Assembly (NCBI GenBank): GCA_963700995.1
Contig: CAVOZP010000004.1
Span: 170,321 to 234,320, forward strand
Length of the DNA stretch: 64,000 nt
Source of the DNA: an uncultured Acidimicrobiales bacterium
GTDB taxonomy: Bacteria; Actinomycetota; Acidimicrobiia; Acidimicrobiales; JAHEJN01
Direction: 5' to 3'
Under the pieces are notes generated by a model, which saw nothing but the letters and a program-made list of their open reading frames with translations, did no database searches and was not told the DNA's origin. The position numbers and the translations under genes were made by a program. How positions within the stretch are numbered: position 1 is the first letter of the stretch; each line of letters opens with the position of its first letter. This document shows positions 37,483 to 47,461 of this stretch, piece after piece.

Positions 37483-39621
37483 GTGCTGATTCCCATCGAA
37501 GAACACGAACTGCTGGTCTTCTGGGTCCAGCTGTTCACGCTGCTCCTGTTTGCCCGTGCCCTCGGCTATGTCGCCCGCAAAGTGGGCCTGCCATCGGTCA
37601 TCGGCGAGCTCATCGCCGGCCTGGTGCTGGGTCCCTCGGTGTTCGGCGAGCTGTGGCCCGACGGTTTTCACTGGTTCCTCCCCGAGAGCGAGACCCAGTC
37701 GGCGGCCCTTCTCGGCATCAGCTGGATCGGCCTGTTCCTGTTGCTGATCGTCACCGGTTTCGAAACCGACCTCGCGCTGATCCGCAAGCTCGGTCGCCCC
37801 GTGACCCTCGTGGCCACCGGCAGCCTGCTGGTTCCCTTCGCGGGCGGCCTGGTGGTCGGGTTGCTCCTGCCGACCGAGACGTTCCTCGGCCAAGACGTCG
37901 ATCGGGTCACCTTCGCCCTCTTCGTGGCCACGGCGTTGAGCGTCTCGGCGCTGGCGGTGGTGGCCAAGATCCTGTCGGAAATGGGCATGATGCGGCGCGA
38001 TTTCGGCCAGATCACGGTGGCCGTCGGGATGGCCAACGACCTCGTGGGATGGATGCTGCTCGGCGTGTTCGCCGGTGTTGCCGGCTCGGGCTCCGTCTCC
38101 CTCGGCGGCCTTGCGACCACCGTCGGTGGCATGATCCTGTTCCTCGTGGGCATGCTCACCGTGGGCCAGCGGCTGGTCGACTTCAGCCTGCGCCGCGTTC
38201 GCCGTCGCGGCGAGAACCTCCGCGGTGCCCTCACCGTCAGCATTCTGGTCGCCCTCGGCGCAGGGGTGATCACGCAGCGACTCGGTGTCGAAGCCGTGCT
38301 CGGTGCCTTCGTCGCCGGCGTCGTCCTGGCTCGTTCGCGCTTCCAGCATCACGACACGCGCCATCACCTCGAGTCGATCACCTTCACCGTGTTCGCCCCG
38401 CTGTTCTTCGCAACTGCGGGCTTGCGCATCGATCTCGAGACGCTGCGGTCGGCAACCGCGCTGCGCTGGACGGCCGTCGTGGTGCTCGTCGCGATCGTGG
38501 CCAAGTTCATCGGCGCCTACGCCGGTGCTCGGGTCGTGGGCCGAACCCATCGCGCCGGTCTGGCCCTCGGCGCCGGCCTGAACGCACGTGGCGCGCTCGA
38601 GGTCGTCATCGCGACGGTGGGGCTCGAGCTCGGTGTGTTCTCCAGCACCGCGTTCACCGTCATCGTCCTGGTGCCGGTCATCACCTCGATCTTCGCCTCG
38701 GTGTCACTGCGAGCGGTCGTTCGCAACTACCAGGGCACGCCCGACGAGATCGAGCGTCTCGGTCGGGAAGCAGCTCTCAGTCGCAACCTGGTCGTCCGCA
38801 ATCAGCGCATGCTCGTGCCCAGTCGTGGCCACCCGACGTCGATCGCGGCTGCCCAGCTCCTGCACCTGGCCTGGCCGCCCGAGTCGGGCGTCACCGTCTT
38901 GACTGTCGGCAACGGAGAAGGCGAACCCGACATCGAGCCGCTGCGCAACGTGCTGCACGGCCGCGAGGTCGAGCACCGCAGGATCAAGAACGGAAGCCCG
39001 CTCGAGGCCATTCGCCGCGAAACCGAGCTGGGCTTCGGTGTCATCGGTCTGGGTGCCCACGACGTAGTCGACGGCCAGCTCATCTCGCCCTTTGTCGACG
39101 ACGTGTTGTCCGAAGCGCCCATTCCGGTCGTGGTCGTTCGCCGCGCCCGCAATCTCGACCGACCGCTCCCGGGGGCCTTCAGCCGGGCGCTGGTCCCGGT
39201 CGCGGCCACGGCGGGATCACGTGCGGCCCAGGAGGTCGCGTTCAACCTCGGTCGCCAGCTCGGCACCGAGCTCATCGTGGCCCACGTCGAGGCTCCCGAC
39301 GCGAGCGAGGGTGTGCTGCCCCGGATGTTCCATCGACGAGCGGTGCCCACCGCCGACGCCACGGTCGGCCAGAGGCTGGTCGAGCAGTCGCGCGAGCTGG
39401 CCGGTGAGATCGGCGTGGAAGCCGAGGCCGTGGTCCGTCAGGCGGCCCATCCGGGCGAGGAGCTGGTGAAGATCGCCCGGCAGCGGGAGGTCGATCTGGT
39501 CGTGGTGGGTACGAGCCTCCGCCGGGTGGCGGGCAAGCCGTTCCTCGGCCGCAACGTCGAGTACATCCTCGCCAACTGCGAGGCCACCGTCGCCGTGGTC
39601 TTCGTGCCCATCGACCTGTAG
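37483..39621 (+). CDS. CPA2-type cation:proton antiporter fused to two C-terminal universal stress protein (USP) domains
   Basis: 'LPSVIGELIAGLVLGPSVFG' and about 12 TM segments. The C-terminal ~290 aa has two USP-like units ('RMLVPSRGHPTS...VVVVR' and 'ALVPVAATAGSRAA...DLVVVGTS....GKPFLG.NVEYILANCEATVAVV'). Confidence 0.85.
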   Translation: MLIPIEEHELLVFWVQLFTLLLFARALGYVARKVGLPSVIGELIAGLVLGPSVFGELWPDGFHWFLPESETQSAALLGISWIGLFLLLIVTGFETDLALIRKLGRPVTLVATGSLLVPFAGGLVVGLLLPTETFLGQDVDRVTFALFVATALSVSALAVVAKILSEMGMMRRDFGQITVAVGMANDLVGWMLLGVFAGVAGSGSVSLGGLATTVGGMILFLVGMLTVGQRLVDFSLRRVRRRGENLRGALTVSILVALGAGVITQRLGVEAVLGAFVAGVVLARSRFQHHDTRHHLESITFTVFAPLFFATAGLRIDLETLRSATALRWTAVVVLVAIVAKFIGAYAGARVVGRTHRAGLALGAGLNARGALEVVIATVGLELGVFSSTAFTVIVLVPVITSIFASVSLRAVVRNYQGTPDEIERLGREAALSRNLVVRNQRMLVPSRGHPTSIAAAQLLHLAWPPESGVTVLTVGNGEGEPDIEPLRNVLHGREVEHRRIKNGSPLEAIRRETELGFGVIGLGAHDVVDGQLISPFVDDVLSEAPIPVVVVRRARNLDRPLPGAFSRALVPVAATAGSRAAQEVAFNLGRQLGTELIVAHVEAPDASEGVLPRMFHRRAVPTADATVGQRLVEQSRELAGEIGVEAEAVVRQAAHPGEELVKIARQREVDLVVVGTSLRRVAGKPFLGRNVEYILANCEATVAVVFVPIDL

Positions 39622-39623
39622 CG

Positions 39624-41591
39624 CTACTCCAGGCCGGCGGCGGTGACCACTTCGAGCAGTCTCTCCCCGTACCGGGCGCGCCGGATGGCGCTGAAGCCGT
39701 CGATGGCGGCGAGGTCGGTCTCGGTCACGGGTCTCGTATCGGCGATCACGGCGAGGACCTGGTCGCTCACCACTGCGGCCGGATCGACACCCGTCGCCCG
39801 GGCTGCCGAATCCCGCCAAGCGAGCAGGCTCGCGTGCAACGCATCGCGGGCCATCACGAATGGCGGGGTGGAGTCGAGCTCCTGACGGCGCGTTCGAAGT
39901 GACTCACGGACACCCGGATCGGGTGCGGTCGGAAGGTCGGTCATGAGCCGGTGCTCGTCGAGGACCCGCAAGAAGCCCGATCGAGCGCGGTCCGACGTGT
40001 GATCACCGAAGGTGCGCCGGCGAGCCCAGTGCAGGCTCAGGTGCGTGCGGGCCCGGGTCATGGCCACGTGGAGGAGCCGCCGCTCCTCGGCCACCGCCTC
40101 GGGTGACGTTGCCTGCCAAATGGGGACGTAACCCTCTTCGAGCCCGGCCAGATGCACGACCGACCATTCGAGGCCCTTGGCGGCGTGAAAGGTGGCGATG
40201 TCGATGGCGTCGCCCGACGGCCCGATGACCTCGCCTGCCACCGTGGTGCCCAACAGCTCGGCGAAGGCACGCGCCGTGCAGTCGCGATCGAGCCGCAGAT
40301 GGTCATAGGCCAGGCGCACCACGACGTCGAGGTGCTCAACGGCATCGTTGACCTTCAGCTCGGTCAAGTCGATATCACGCAGATCGCCGAGCGCATCGCC
40401 GAGACGACCGGGATGGCCACGAAGGAGTTGAAGGGCAAGGACGACCGCAGGGTGCTCGACGAAGCTGCGCCCTCCGCGGACCCGATAGGGGATGCCGGCG
40501 GCGGCGAGCGCCTCCTGGATGAGCACGGTCTGGGCGTTGGTGCGAACGAGCACCGCCTGCGTCGACCAGGGGGTGCCCGGTGGGTGCGCGTCGCGTGCGG
40601 CCCGGGCAATACCGGCCGCCTCGAGGCGGTCATCGTCGTGGCCGACGATCACAGGAGGACCAGCGGTCGGTTGGTGCACCGTGGGAGTCGACCGGTCGGC
40701 GGCCAGGACGAGGTGAGCGATTCGCACCACTTCGGGCGACGACCGGAAGTTGTCGGTCAGCTCGATGGTCCGGCCGCCGAGGCGCGTGTCGAAGTCGACG
40801 AGGTGACTGGCATCGGCACCGTTCCACCCGTAGATCGCCTGATCGGGGTCGCCCACCACACACAGGTCGGGCCGATCGGCTCTCCACGCCTCGAGCAGGG
40901 CGAATTGCAGCGGGTTGACGTCCTGGAACTCGTCGACGAACAGATGCCGGAACCGCCACGCCATGGCGGCGGCGTAGTCGGCGTCGGCGCGAAGGTCGCG
41001 TAGGGCCAGGGCGAGCAGGTCGTCGAAGTCGACCAGGCGACGTTTGCGCTTCAGGGCGGCAAAGGCGCGGAACGCCTCGACGAGCTCTGAAGGGTTGCCC
41101 ACCGGTCGCCGCCGTGCCGCAGCGGCCGCCGCCTCGTAGCCCTCGGGCTCGATCATGCGTGCCCTCGTCCAGTCGTGCTCGGCGAGCCCGGCTCGAGCCG
41201 CGTCGATACTGACGCCTCCCATGGCCTCGCCGAAGAGCTTGGTCCGCCGATCGATGAGCTTGGGTGCCGAGATGTCGCGGTCGTTCCAGCGCGCACGCAG
41301 CTGTGCGTAGGCCAGGGAGTGGAACGTTCCCGCCGCGACATCGCCGCGGAGACCAAGCTGGTCCAGGCGGTCGCCCAGCTCCGACGCGGCCTTGCGGGTG
41401 AAGGTGAGCACCAGCGTGTGCGCCGGGTCGAGCGACTCGGTGGCCGCCCGCCAGGCGACCCGACGAGTGAGCACGCGGGTCTTGCCCGAGCCGGCACCGG
41501 CGACGATGCACAGGAGGGGGTCGTCGGCGGTGACCGCCTCTCGCTGGGCGTCGCTCAGCCCGATGAGCAGCGAATCGCGGTCGGCCTCCAC
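39624..41591 (-). CDS. UvrD/PcrA-family ATP-dependent DNA helicase with C-terminal HRDC-like domain (UvrD2-like)
   Basis: 'IVAGAGSGKTRVLTRR' Walker A, 'LFVDEFQDVNPLQ', 'VVGDPDQAIYGWNGA', 'TFHAAKGLEWSVVHL', 'RRLLHVAMTRA'. C-terminus 'VVSDQVLAVIADTRPVTETDLAAIDGF' is HRDC-like. Confidence 0.85.
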   Translation of the reverse strand: MEADRDSLLIGLSDAQREAVTADDPLLCIVAGAGSGKTRVLTRRVAWRAATESLDPAHTLVLTFTRKAASELGDRLDQLGLRGDVAAGTFHSLAYAQLRARWNDRDISAPKLIDRRTKLFGEAMGGVSIDAARAGLAEHDWTRARMIEPEGYEAAAAAARRRPVGNPSELVEAFRAFAALKRKRRLVDFDDLLALALRDLRADADYAAAMAWRFRHLFVDEFQDVNPLQFALLEAWRADRPDLCVVGDPDQAIYGWNGADASHLVDFDTRLGGRTIELTDNFRSSPEVVRIAHLVLAADRSTPTVHQPTAGPPVIVGHDDDRLEAAGIARAARDAHPPGTPWSTQAVLVRTNAQTVLIQEALAAAGIPYRVRGGRSFVEHPAVVLALQLLRGHPGRLGDALGDLRDIDLTELKVNDAVEHLDVVVRLAYDHLRLDRDCTARAFAELLGTTVAGEVIGPSGDAIDIATFHAAKGLEWSVVHLAGLEEGYVPIWQATSPEAVAEERRLLHVAMTRARTHLSLHWARRRTFGDHTSDRARSGFLRVLDEHRLMTDLPTAPDPGVRESLRTRRQELDSTPPFVMARDALHASLLAWRDSAARATGVDPAAVVSDQVLAVIADTRPVTETDLAAIDGFSAIRRARYGERLLEVVTAAGLE

Positions 41592-41652
41592 GGGCCGACC
41601 CTACGCAGAGGCGATGGCACCGCGGCGGACCGCACTGCCTAGGGTTCTTCCG

Positions 41653-41997
41653 ATGATCCGCATGAGCAACCGTCGATTCGAGGCGTTGGTCGAGGCCGCA
41701 CTCGAAGCAATCCCGACGGAGCTGGCGGGGCTGATCGAGAACGTGGCCGTCATCGTCGAGCGCGACGGGGGAGATCCCGACCTCCTCGGGCTATACGACG
41801 GAGTTCCGCTGACCGAGCGCGACGACTATGGCGGCATGGTCATGCCCGATCGGGTGTACATCTACCAGGATCCGATCTGCGCGGTATGCGCAACCGACGA
41901 CGAGGTGCGCGACGAGGTGCTCGTCACTGTGGTGCACGAGATCGCCCACCACTTCGGCATCGACGACGATCGTCTCCACGAGCTCGGTTGGGGCTGA
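41653..41997 (+). CDS. Small zinc metallopeptidase-like protein (DUF1025 family)
   Basis: 114 aa. 'ENVAVIVE', 'LLGLYDGVPLTER', 'VVHEIAHHFGIDDDRLHELG' HExxH motif. Confidence 0.8.
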   Translation: MIRMSNRRFEALVEAALEAIPTELAGLIENVAVIVERDGGDPDLLGLYDGVPLTERDDYGGMVMPDRVYIYQDPICAVCATDDEVRDEVLVTVVHEIAHHFGIDDDRLHELGWG

Positions 41998-42030
41998 CCG
42001 CTTCGGGATGGAAGGACTACAGTCATCGAC

Positions 42031-42669
42031 GTGGCGTTTCCGCCTGATCTGCTCAACGACAACGAAGAGATCGTCCTCGATCTGCGACCGCACTGGTGGT
42101 ACGTCGCCCCGGTTGGCGCGTTGCTCGCCTTTGCGGTCATTCTCGGCATCGCCATCCTTGTTGCGATCGACAATTCTCCGATGAAGATCCTGGCCGGGAT
42201 CATCCTTCTCGGCGCGTTGGGCAACTTCGTCGTTCGCTACGTGCGGTGGGCCGGCATCAACTTCGTGGTCACGAGCGAACGGGTGATCTCGCGCACGGGG
42301 GTGATCGCCAAGAAGGGCATCGAGATCCCCCTCGATCGCATCAACACGGTGTTCTTCAACCAGACGCTCTTCGAACGTCTCATCGGAGCTGGAGATCTCG
42401 GAATCGAATCGGCGGGGGAAGGTGGCCGCCAGACATTCAACGACATTCGCAAGCCCCGCAACGTGCAACAGGCCATCTATCGGGCCATGGAGGCCGACGA
42501 GACTCGCCGGTTCGAGCACATGGGTCGTGCTGCGAGCAGCGCCCGAGCCGAGGCCTCTTTCGACTCCATCCCGGATCAGATCAAGAAGCTCGACGAGCTC
42601 CGCCGCAGCGGTGTGCTCACCGACGCCGAGTTCGACGCCAAGAAGCGCGACCTGCTCGACCGGTTGTAG
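42031..42669 (+). CDS. Membrane bPH_2 (YdbT/DUF304-like PH) domain protein with C-terminal SHOCT domain
   Basis: 'NEEIVLDLRPHWW', two TM helices, 'VVTSERVISRTGVIAKKGIEIPLDRINTV.F.Q.LFERL.G.GDL'. C-terminus 'IKKLDELRRSGVLTDAEFDAKKRDLLDRL' is SHOCT. Confidence 0.8.
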   Translation: MAFPPDLLNDNEEIVLDLRPHWWYVAPVGALLAFAVILGIAILVAIDNSPMKILAGIILLGALGNFVVRYVRWAGINFVVTSERVISRTGVIAKKGIEIPLDRINTVFFNQTLFERLIGAGDLGIESAGEGGRQTFNDIRKPRNVQQAIYRAMEADETRRFEHMGRAASSARAEASFDSIPDQIKKLDELRRSGVLTDAEFDAKKRDLLDRL

Positions 42670-42671
42670 CG

Positions 42672-43553
42672 GTGAGTCACCTGTCGGTGGGCGAGCTCGA
42701 TCTCTATCACGAGACCTTTGGCGACGCCGGCGACGAGCCGGTGCTGCTCATCGCTGGGATCGGTGCGCAGTGTCTGTCGTGGCCGGTCGGCTTCTGTGAA
42801 GCGTTGGCCGATCGGTTCCTGTACGTCATCCGGTTCGACAACCGTGACATCGGCTTGTCGACCAAGCTCGATCACCTCCCGTTTGAATTCGACGACGCGA
42901 TGGCGGCCACTCTCGCCGGCGAGAGTTTCGATCCGCCGTACCTCCTCGACGACATGGCGGCCGACGCCGTCGGCGTGATCGACGCTCTCGGGCTGGATGC
43001 CGCCCACGTGGTCGGCATGTCGCTCGGGGGAATGATCGCCCAGCTGGTGGCGGTCAACCACCCCGACCGCGTTCGCAGCCTCACCTGCATCATGTCGAAC
43101 ACGGGCAATTCCGACTACGGCCAGGGTTCGGACGAGGCGATCGAGGCCCTTCTCTGGCCCGCCCCGACCACCCGCGAGGAGTCGATCGAGCGATCGATCG
43201 CCCAGCGTCGCGTTTGGGGCACCGCCGATCTGCTCGACGAGGTGGCGCTCGCCGAGCAGTTCGGCGAGATGTGGGAGCGCGATCACCATCCCGACGCGGC
43301 ACAGCGTCAGTACGGCGCGGCCATGGCATCGGGCGATCGCGAGCCCGCACTGCGAAGTCTCGATGTGCCCACGCTGGTGGTGCACGGCGGCCAGGACACC
43401 CTCATCGCGCCCAGCGGTGGTGAACGCACGGCCGAGCTGATTCCCGGCGCTCACCTGTTGATGATCGACGAGATGGGCCACGACCTGCTCGACGCGTTCT
43501 GGTCGCCCATCATCGAGGCGATTCTGCAACTGATCGTCGGCAGCCGGGTCTGA
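42672..43553 (+). CDS. Alpha/beta-fold hydrolase
   Basis: GTG 42672. 'PVLLIAGIGAQ', nucleophile elbow 'VVGMSLGGMIAQ', 'PTLVVHGGQDTLI', 'IDEMGHD'. Confidence 0.8.
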   Translation: MSHLSVGELDLYHETFGDAGDEPVLLIAGIGAQCLSWPVGFCEALADRFLYVIRFDNRDIGLSTKLDHLPFEFDDAMAATLAGESFDPPYLLDDMAADAVGVIDALGLDAAHVVGMSLGGMIAQLVAVNHPDRVRSLTCIMSNTGNSDYGQGSDEAIEALLWPAPTTREESIERSIAQRRVWGTADLLDEVALAEQFGEMWERDHHPDAAQRQYGAAMASGDREPALRSLDVPTLVVHGGQDTLIAPSGGERTAELIPGAHLLMIDEMGHDLLDAFWSPIIEAILQLIVGSRV

Positions 43554-44701
43554 TGGGGCCCCTCGCCGGCACCACGATCATCGAACTCGCCGGACTCGGG
43601 CCCGCGCCCTTCGGCGCCATGGTGCTGGCCGATCTCGGTGCTTCGGTCATCCGGGTCGAACGGGCCCGAGCAGTCCGGCCCGACCCCACGGGCTCGACCT
43701 CGGGCGACCTGTTGAACCGCGGCAAGCGGTCCATCGGCGTCGATCTCAAACATCCCGCCGGGCTCGAGACCGTTCTCCGTCTGGTCGAGACGGCCGATGC
43801 TCTGGTCGAGGGGTTCCGGCCCGGAGTGGTCGAGCGCCTCGGTGTCGGCCCCGACGATTGTCTGCGGCGGAATCCGGCACTGGTGTACGGGCGGATGACC
43901 GGGTGGGGCCAGGACGGCCCGTATGCGTCGGCGGCCGGCCACGACATCAACTACGTGGCGCTGTCGGGAACCCTGCACGCGATCGGTCGGGCGGGTCAGG
44001 CGCCGGTGCCGCCCATGAACCTCGTCGGCGACTTCGGCGGCGGCGGCATGCTGCTGGCCGTGGGCGTGCTCGCGGCACTCGTCGAAGCGGGCCGCAGTGG
44101 GCAAGGGCAGGTGATCGATGCCGCCATGGTCGACGGTTCGGCCCTGTTGGCGATGATGACCCACTCGATGCTTCAGGGTGGGCTGTGGCGCGACGAACGA
44201 GGAGTGAACCTGCTCGACACGGGCGCCCACTTCTACGACGTCTATGAGACCGCCGACGCCAAGTACGTGTCGATCGGTTCGATCGAGCCTCAGTTCTACC
44301 GCGAGCTCCTGCGTTTGACCGGGCTCGACTCAGACGCCGACTTCGTCGAGCGCCAAATGGATCACTTGGCCTGGCCCGAGCTGAAGACCCGCCTGGCCGA
44401 GGTGTTCCGCACGAGGACCCGCGACGAATGGTGTGCGCTGATGGAGCACACCGACGTGTGCTTCGCTCCCGTGCTGTCGTTGCGCGAGGCGCCCCATCAT
44501 CGGCACAACGTCGCCCGTGACACCTTCATCGACGTCGCCGGAGCGGTGCAGCCGGCTCCCGCTCCCCGTTTCGATCGAACGCCCCCCGCGGTTCCTTCGC
44601 CACCCCCGGTTGCCGGAGCCGACACCGACGTCGTTCTCGCCGCGGCCGGCTTCGATCCCGACGAGATCACCGAGCTGCGGTCCGAGGGTGCCGTTGCCTG
44701 A
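43553..44701 (+). CDS. mcr: Family III CoA-transferase, alpha-methylacyl-CoA racemase-like
   Basis: 'IIELAGLGPAPFGAMVLADLGASVIRVER', 'EGFRPGVVERLGVGP', 'YGRMTGWGQDGPYASAAGHDINYVALSG.LHAIGR...PVPPMNLVGDFGGGGM' closely parallels mycobacterial Mcr as I recall it. Confidence 0.85.
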   Translation: MGPLAGTTIIELAGLGPAPFGAMVLADLGASVIRVERARAVRPDPTGSTSGDLLNRGKRSIGVDLKHPAGLETVLRLVETADALVEGFRPGVVERLGVGPDDCLRRNPALVYGRMTGWGQDGPYASAAGHDINYVALSGTLHAIGRAGQAPVPPMNLVGDFGGGGMLLAVGVLAALVEAGRSGQGQVIDAAMVDGSALLAMMTHSMLQGGLWRDERGVNLLDTGAHFYDVYETADAKYVSIGSIEPQFYRELLRLTGLDSDADFVERQMDHLAWPELKTRLAEVFRTRTRDEWCALMEHTDVCFAPVLSLREAPHHRHNVARDTFIDVAGAVQPAPAPRFDRTPPAVPSPPPVAGADTDVVLAAAGFDPDEITELRSEGAVA

Positions 44702-44777
44702 GCGCTTCCATTGCGACGATCGGATGAGTAGCCGCGCGATCGCCCACGCCGATATCGGTCGGGTAGGATCCTGCGCC

Positions 44778-45248
44778 ATGTCACCGGATGGCGATCCCGC
44801 GCGCGAATCATTCCGGCTCGATCGGCGACGAGTGATTCAGCGATTCGTGGGCGCCACCGGTGCGCTCTGGATTGCCCCCGAGGTCTTGCTCACCGCCCCG
44901 GCTCACGCCGCAGGCACCCTCGCCGGGACCTATCGGGCCAGGTTCGAAGGCAATCTCACGCGCACCGACGCGAACGGTGGGGGCTGTGTGGCAACCAACA
45001 TCTGGAACGCGACGGCCAACTTCCCGGCAACGGTCACCGCAACGAATCTGCCCGGATCCGTACGGTTCGACCTGGCCACGTCCGGATGCCGGTTCGACGG
45101 GCCGATGGCGACCTTCGCGTCACGGGCGAGGTGCACTGCGCCGAACAACAGCTGTCTTGCCGGGGCCCTGTCGAACGCAAACCAGACCATCACATTCACG
45201 AAGACCTGCACCTTCAACTTCTACCAACTGGCCATTGTCTGTGGCTGA
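44778..45248 (+). CDS. Small secreted Cys-rich hypothetical protein (Tat-like signal)
   Basis: 'LDRRRVIQRFVGATGALWIAPEVLLTAPAHAAG' followed by about 115 aa with 6 Cys. Start uncertain (ATG 44724 also in frame). Confidence 0.5.
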   Translation: MSPDGDPARESFRLDRRRVIQRFVGATGALWIAPEVLLTAPAHAAGTLAGTYRARFEGNLTRTDANGGGCVATNIWNATANFPATVTATNLPGSVRFDLATSGCRFDGPMATFASRARCTAPNNSCLAGALSNANQTITFTKTCTFNFYQLAIVCG

Positions 45249-45254
45249 GGCGTC

Positions 45255-45584
45255 CTAGGGCTCGACAACGATCCAGCCGCGACGCTGCATTTCCGCCGCG
45301 AGGCGTTCGGTGGGGATGGCACGGAGGGCCTGGTCGGCAGCAGTGAGCCGCTCAGCGGGCTCGGCCGCAACCGGAGCGACTCCGCTGTGCTCGGCCTCTT
45401 CGAGCTGCTCGATGAACGCAACTGCCTCGTCTCTGGTGAACTTGCCGCCGGCCTGGCGCTGCGTGAAGCCCATCGGACCCCGTGCGTCACGGAAGTCGGT
45501 GTGACCGGCATTCTCGAGGAGCGTCAGCAACTCCCGTACCTGCCGAGTCGATGCCGGGGGACCCGATGGTTGACCGAATGCCAT
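45255..45584 (-). CDS. Hypothetical protein (109 aa)
   Basis: Start 'MAFGQPSGPPASTRQVRELLTLLENAGHTDFRDARGPMGFTQRQAGGKFTRDEA'. GC3-biased. No family recognised. Confidence 0.55.
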   Translation of the reverse strand: MAFGQPSGPPASTRQVRELLTLLENAGHTDFRDARGPMGFTQRQAGGKFTRDEAVAFIEQLEEAEHSGVAPVAAEPAERLTAADQALRAIPTERLAAEMQRRGWIVVEP

Positions 45585-45706
45585 CCGGACAGTCTGGCCG
45601 ACGCGGCCGACGAAGACGACGCTTCTCCGTGATCTGCTTCTCGGCCGGCTCGCTCGGCGCACCCACTCGGTGCGCGCTCGGCTGCCGGGCGGGCACACTT
45701 GCAGCC

Positions 45707-46489
45707 ATGGCCACACTCCTCTGCCTCCATGCCCACCCCGACGACGAGGCCATCGCCACCGCCGGGCTCATCATGCGAGCCTCTGCTGCCGGACATCGCG
45801 TCGTGCTGGTCGTCGCGACCACCGGTGAGCTCGGACTCGACCCCCTCGAGGGTCTAGCCGAAGGCGAGTCGTTGGCGGATCGTCGCCGGGCCGAGATGCT
45901 GCGGTCCGCCGAGATCCTCGGGGTGCACCGGACCGAATTCCTCGGCTACCGCGACTCGGGGATGAACGGCGACCACACCAACCACGATCCTGCCAGTTTC
46001 TGGCAGGCCGAGATCGACCATGCAGCGAGGCGGCTCGTCACGCTGGTCGCCGAAGAGACCATCGACGTGCTCACGATCTACGACGACCACGGGGGCTATG
46101 ACCACCCCGATCACATCCAAGTACACCGGGTGGGCACCCGCTTCGCCGAGCAGGCCGGCATCGACGAGGTGTACTGGGCCACCATGAACCGAGACGAGAT
46201 CGCTCGCCAGCTCGCGACGGCCGCCGAGCTGTACGACCAAGAGCCGCCCGAGGTCGACACGGAGACCTTCGGCATGGCCGAGGGCGAGCTCACCCATGCC
46301 GTCGACGTCGGCTCCTTCATCGAGCGCAAGCGGGCGGCGATGCGAGCCCACGCAAGCCAGATCCGTGAGGACTCGTTCTTCCTCTCGATGCCCGACGAGG
46401 TGTTCGCCCTGGCCTTCGGCACCGAGTGGTTCCATCGACCGGGAGCACAACCGGGCAACGAGACGATCCCGATCGCCGTTCCGTCATGA
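45707..46489 (+). CDS. PIG-L/LmbE-family deacetylase
   Basis: 'LLCLHAHPDDEAIATAG', 'VVLVVATTGELG', 'DHPDHIQVH' zinc-site motifs. Confidence 0.85.
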   Translation: MATLLCLHAHPDDEAIATAGLIMRASAAGHRVVLVVATTGELGLDPLEGLAEGESLADRRRAEMLRSAEILGVHRTEFLGYRDSGMNGDHTNHDPASFWQAEIDHAARRLVTLVAEETIDVLTIYDDHGGYDHPDHIQVHRVGTRFAEQAGIDEVYWATMNRDEIARQLATAAELYDQEPPEVDTETFGMAEGELTHAVDVGSFIERKRAAMRAHASQIREDSFFLSMPDEVFALAFGTEWFHRPGAQPGNETIPIAVPS

Positions 46490-47034
46490 CCCGGCTCGTG
46501 GTGGTGCGCCACGGCGAGGCGGCGGCCGGGTTCGCCGAGGCCGCCGACCCGGGGCTGAGCACCCGCGGAGTGGCCCAGGCCGAGGCGCTCGCCGATCGCC
46601 TCGGCACCGAGAAGCGACGACCCGTGTTCTCCTCACCGCTGAAGCGGGCCCGCCAGACCGCCGAACCCCTGGCCGAGCGCTACGGGGTGTCGGTCGCGGT
46701 GGCGCCGGTGCTGCGTGAGCTCCCTTCACCTACCTCCGACCTGACCGCGCGGAACGAATGGTTGCGCGGTGCACTGGCCGGGACGTGGGCCGTTCTCCCC
46801 GACGAGGTCAACACCTGGCGCGACGACATCCTCGAGGCGGCAGCCGGCGTACAGTTCCCTCAGGTGTGGGTGAGCCACTTCGTAGTCATGAATGCCCTGG
46901 TGTCGTCGGTTCTCGGGCGCGACGAGGTCACGGTCTTTCGGCCCGACCACTGCGCCGTCGTCGAGCTCGACGTGGTCGACGGCATCCTCTCCATCGACGC
47001 CCTGCCCGGTGACACCGATTCGGTGGTCCGATGA
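46486..47034 (+). CDS. Histidine-phosphatase (phosphoglycerate mutase-like) family protein
   Basis: 'MTRLVVVRHGEA' RHG motif. ATG overlaps the upstream TGA (ATGA). 'VWVSHFVVMNAL'. Confidence 0.8.
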   Translation: MTRLVVVRHGEAAAGFAEAADPGLSTRGVAQAEALADRLGTEKRRPVFSSPLKRARQTAEPLAERYGVSVAVAPVLRELPSPTSDLTARNEWLRGALAGTWAVLPDEVNTWRDDILEAAAGVQFPQVWVSHFVVMNALVSSVLGRDEVTVFRPDHCAVVELDVVDGILSIDALPGDTDSVVR

Positions 47035-47044
47035 GGGGCCGTCG

Positions 47045-47443
47045 GTGACGGCGACGCTGCCGCTCGTGCTGGCGTCGACCTTGAGCGAGCTCCACGAGGC
47101 GTCGGCGTGGGTGATGGTGATCGCCAACGGCCTGGCGGGAGCATGGGCCCTGGCCGCCAACTGGGTCGAAGGTCTCCGCAGTCGCGCCCTGTGGTGGTTC
47201 ACCGGTTTCGCCGAGGTGTGGATCTTCGTGCAGGTCAGCCTTGGCGTGGCCCTGGTCGCCGGACAAGACATCGAGCCCCCACAGTTCCACCTGTTCTACG
47301 GGTTCGTCGCCATCATCGCGGTCGGCATCATCTACAGCTACCGGGCCCAGATGGCCCACGTGCGCTATCTGCTGTACGGCGGCGGCGGCTTGTTCCTCAT
47401 GGGTCTGGGCATCCGGGCGATGCTGGTCGGCGCCACGTCGTAG
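47045..47443 (+). CDS. Small integral membrane protein (hypothetical)
   Basis: In-frame GTG 47045. Four hydrophobic segments (e.g. 'ALWWFTGFAEVWIFVQVSLGVALVAG', 'FYGFVAIIAVGIIYSY'). Confidence 0.55.
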   Translation: MTATLPLVLASTLSELHEASAWVMVIANGLAGAWALAANWVEGLRSRALWWFTGFAEVWIFVQVSLGVALVAGQDIEPPQFHLFYGFVAIIAVGIIYSYRAQMAHVRYLLYGGGGLFLMGLGIRAMLVGATS

Positions 47444-47461
47444 GGCGATCCGACGCCTCGG

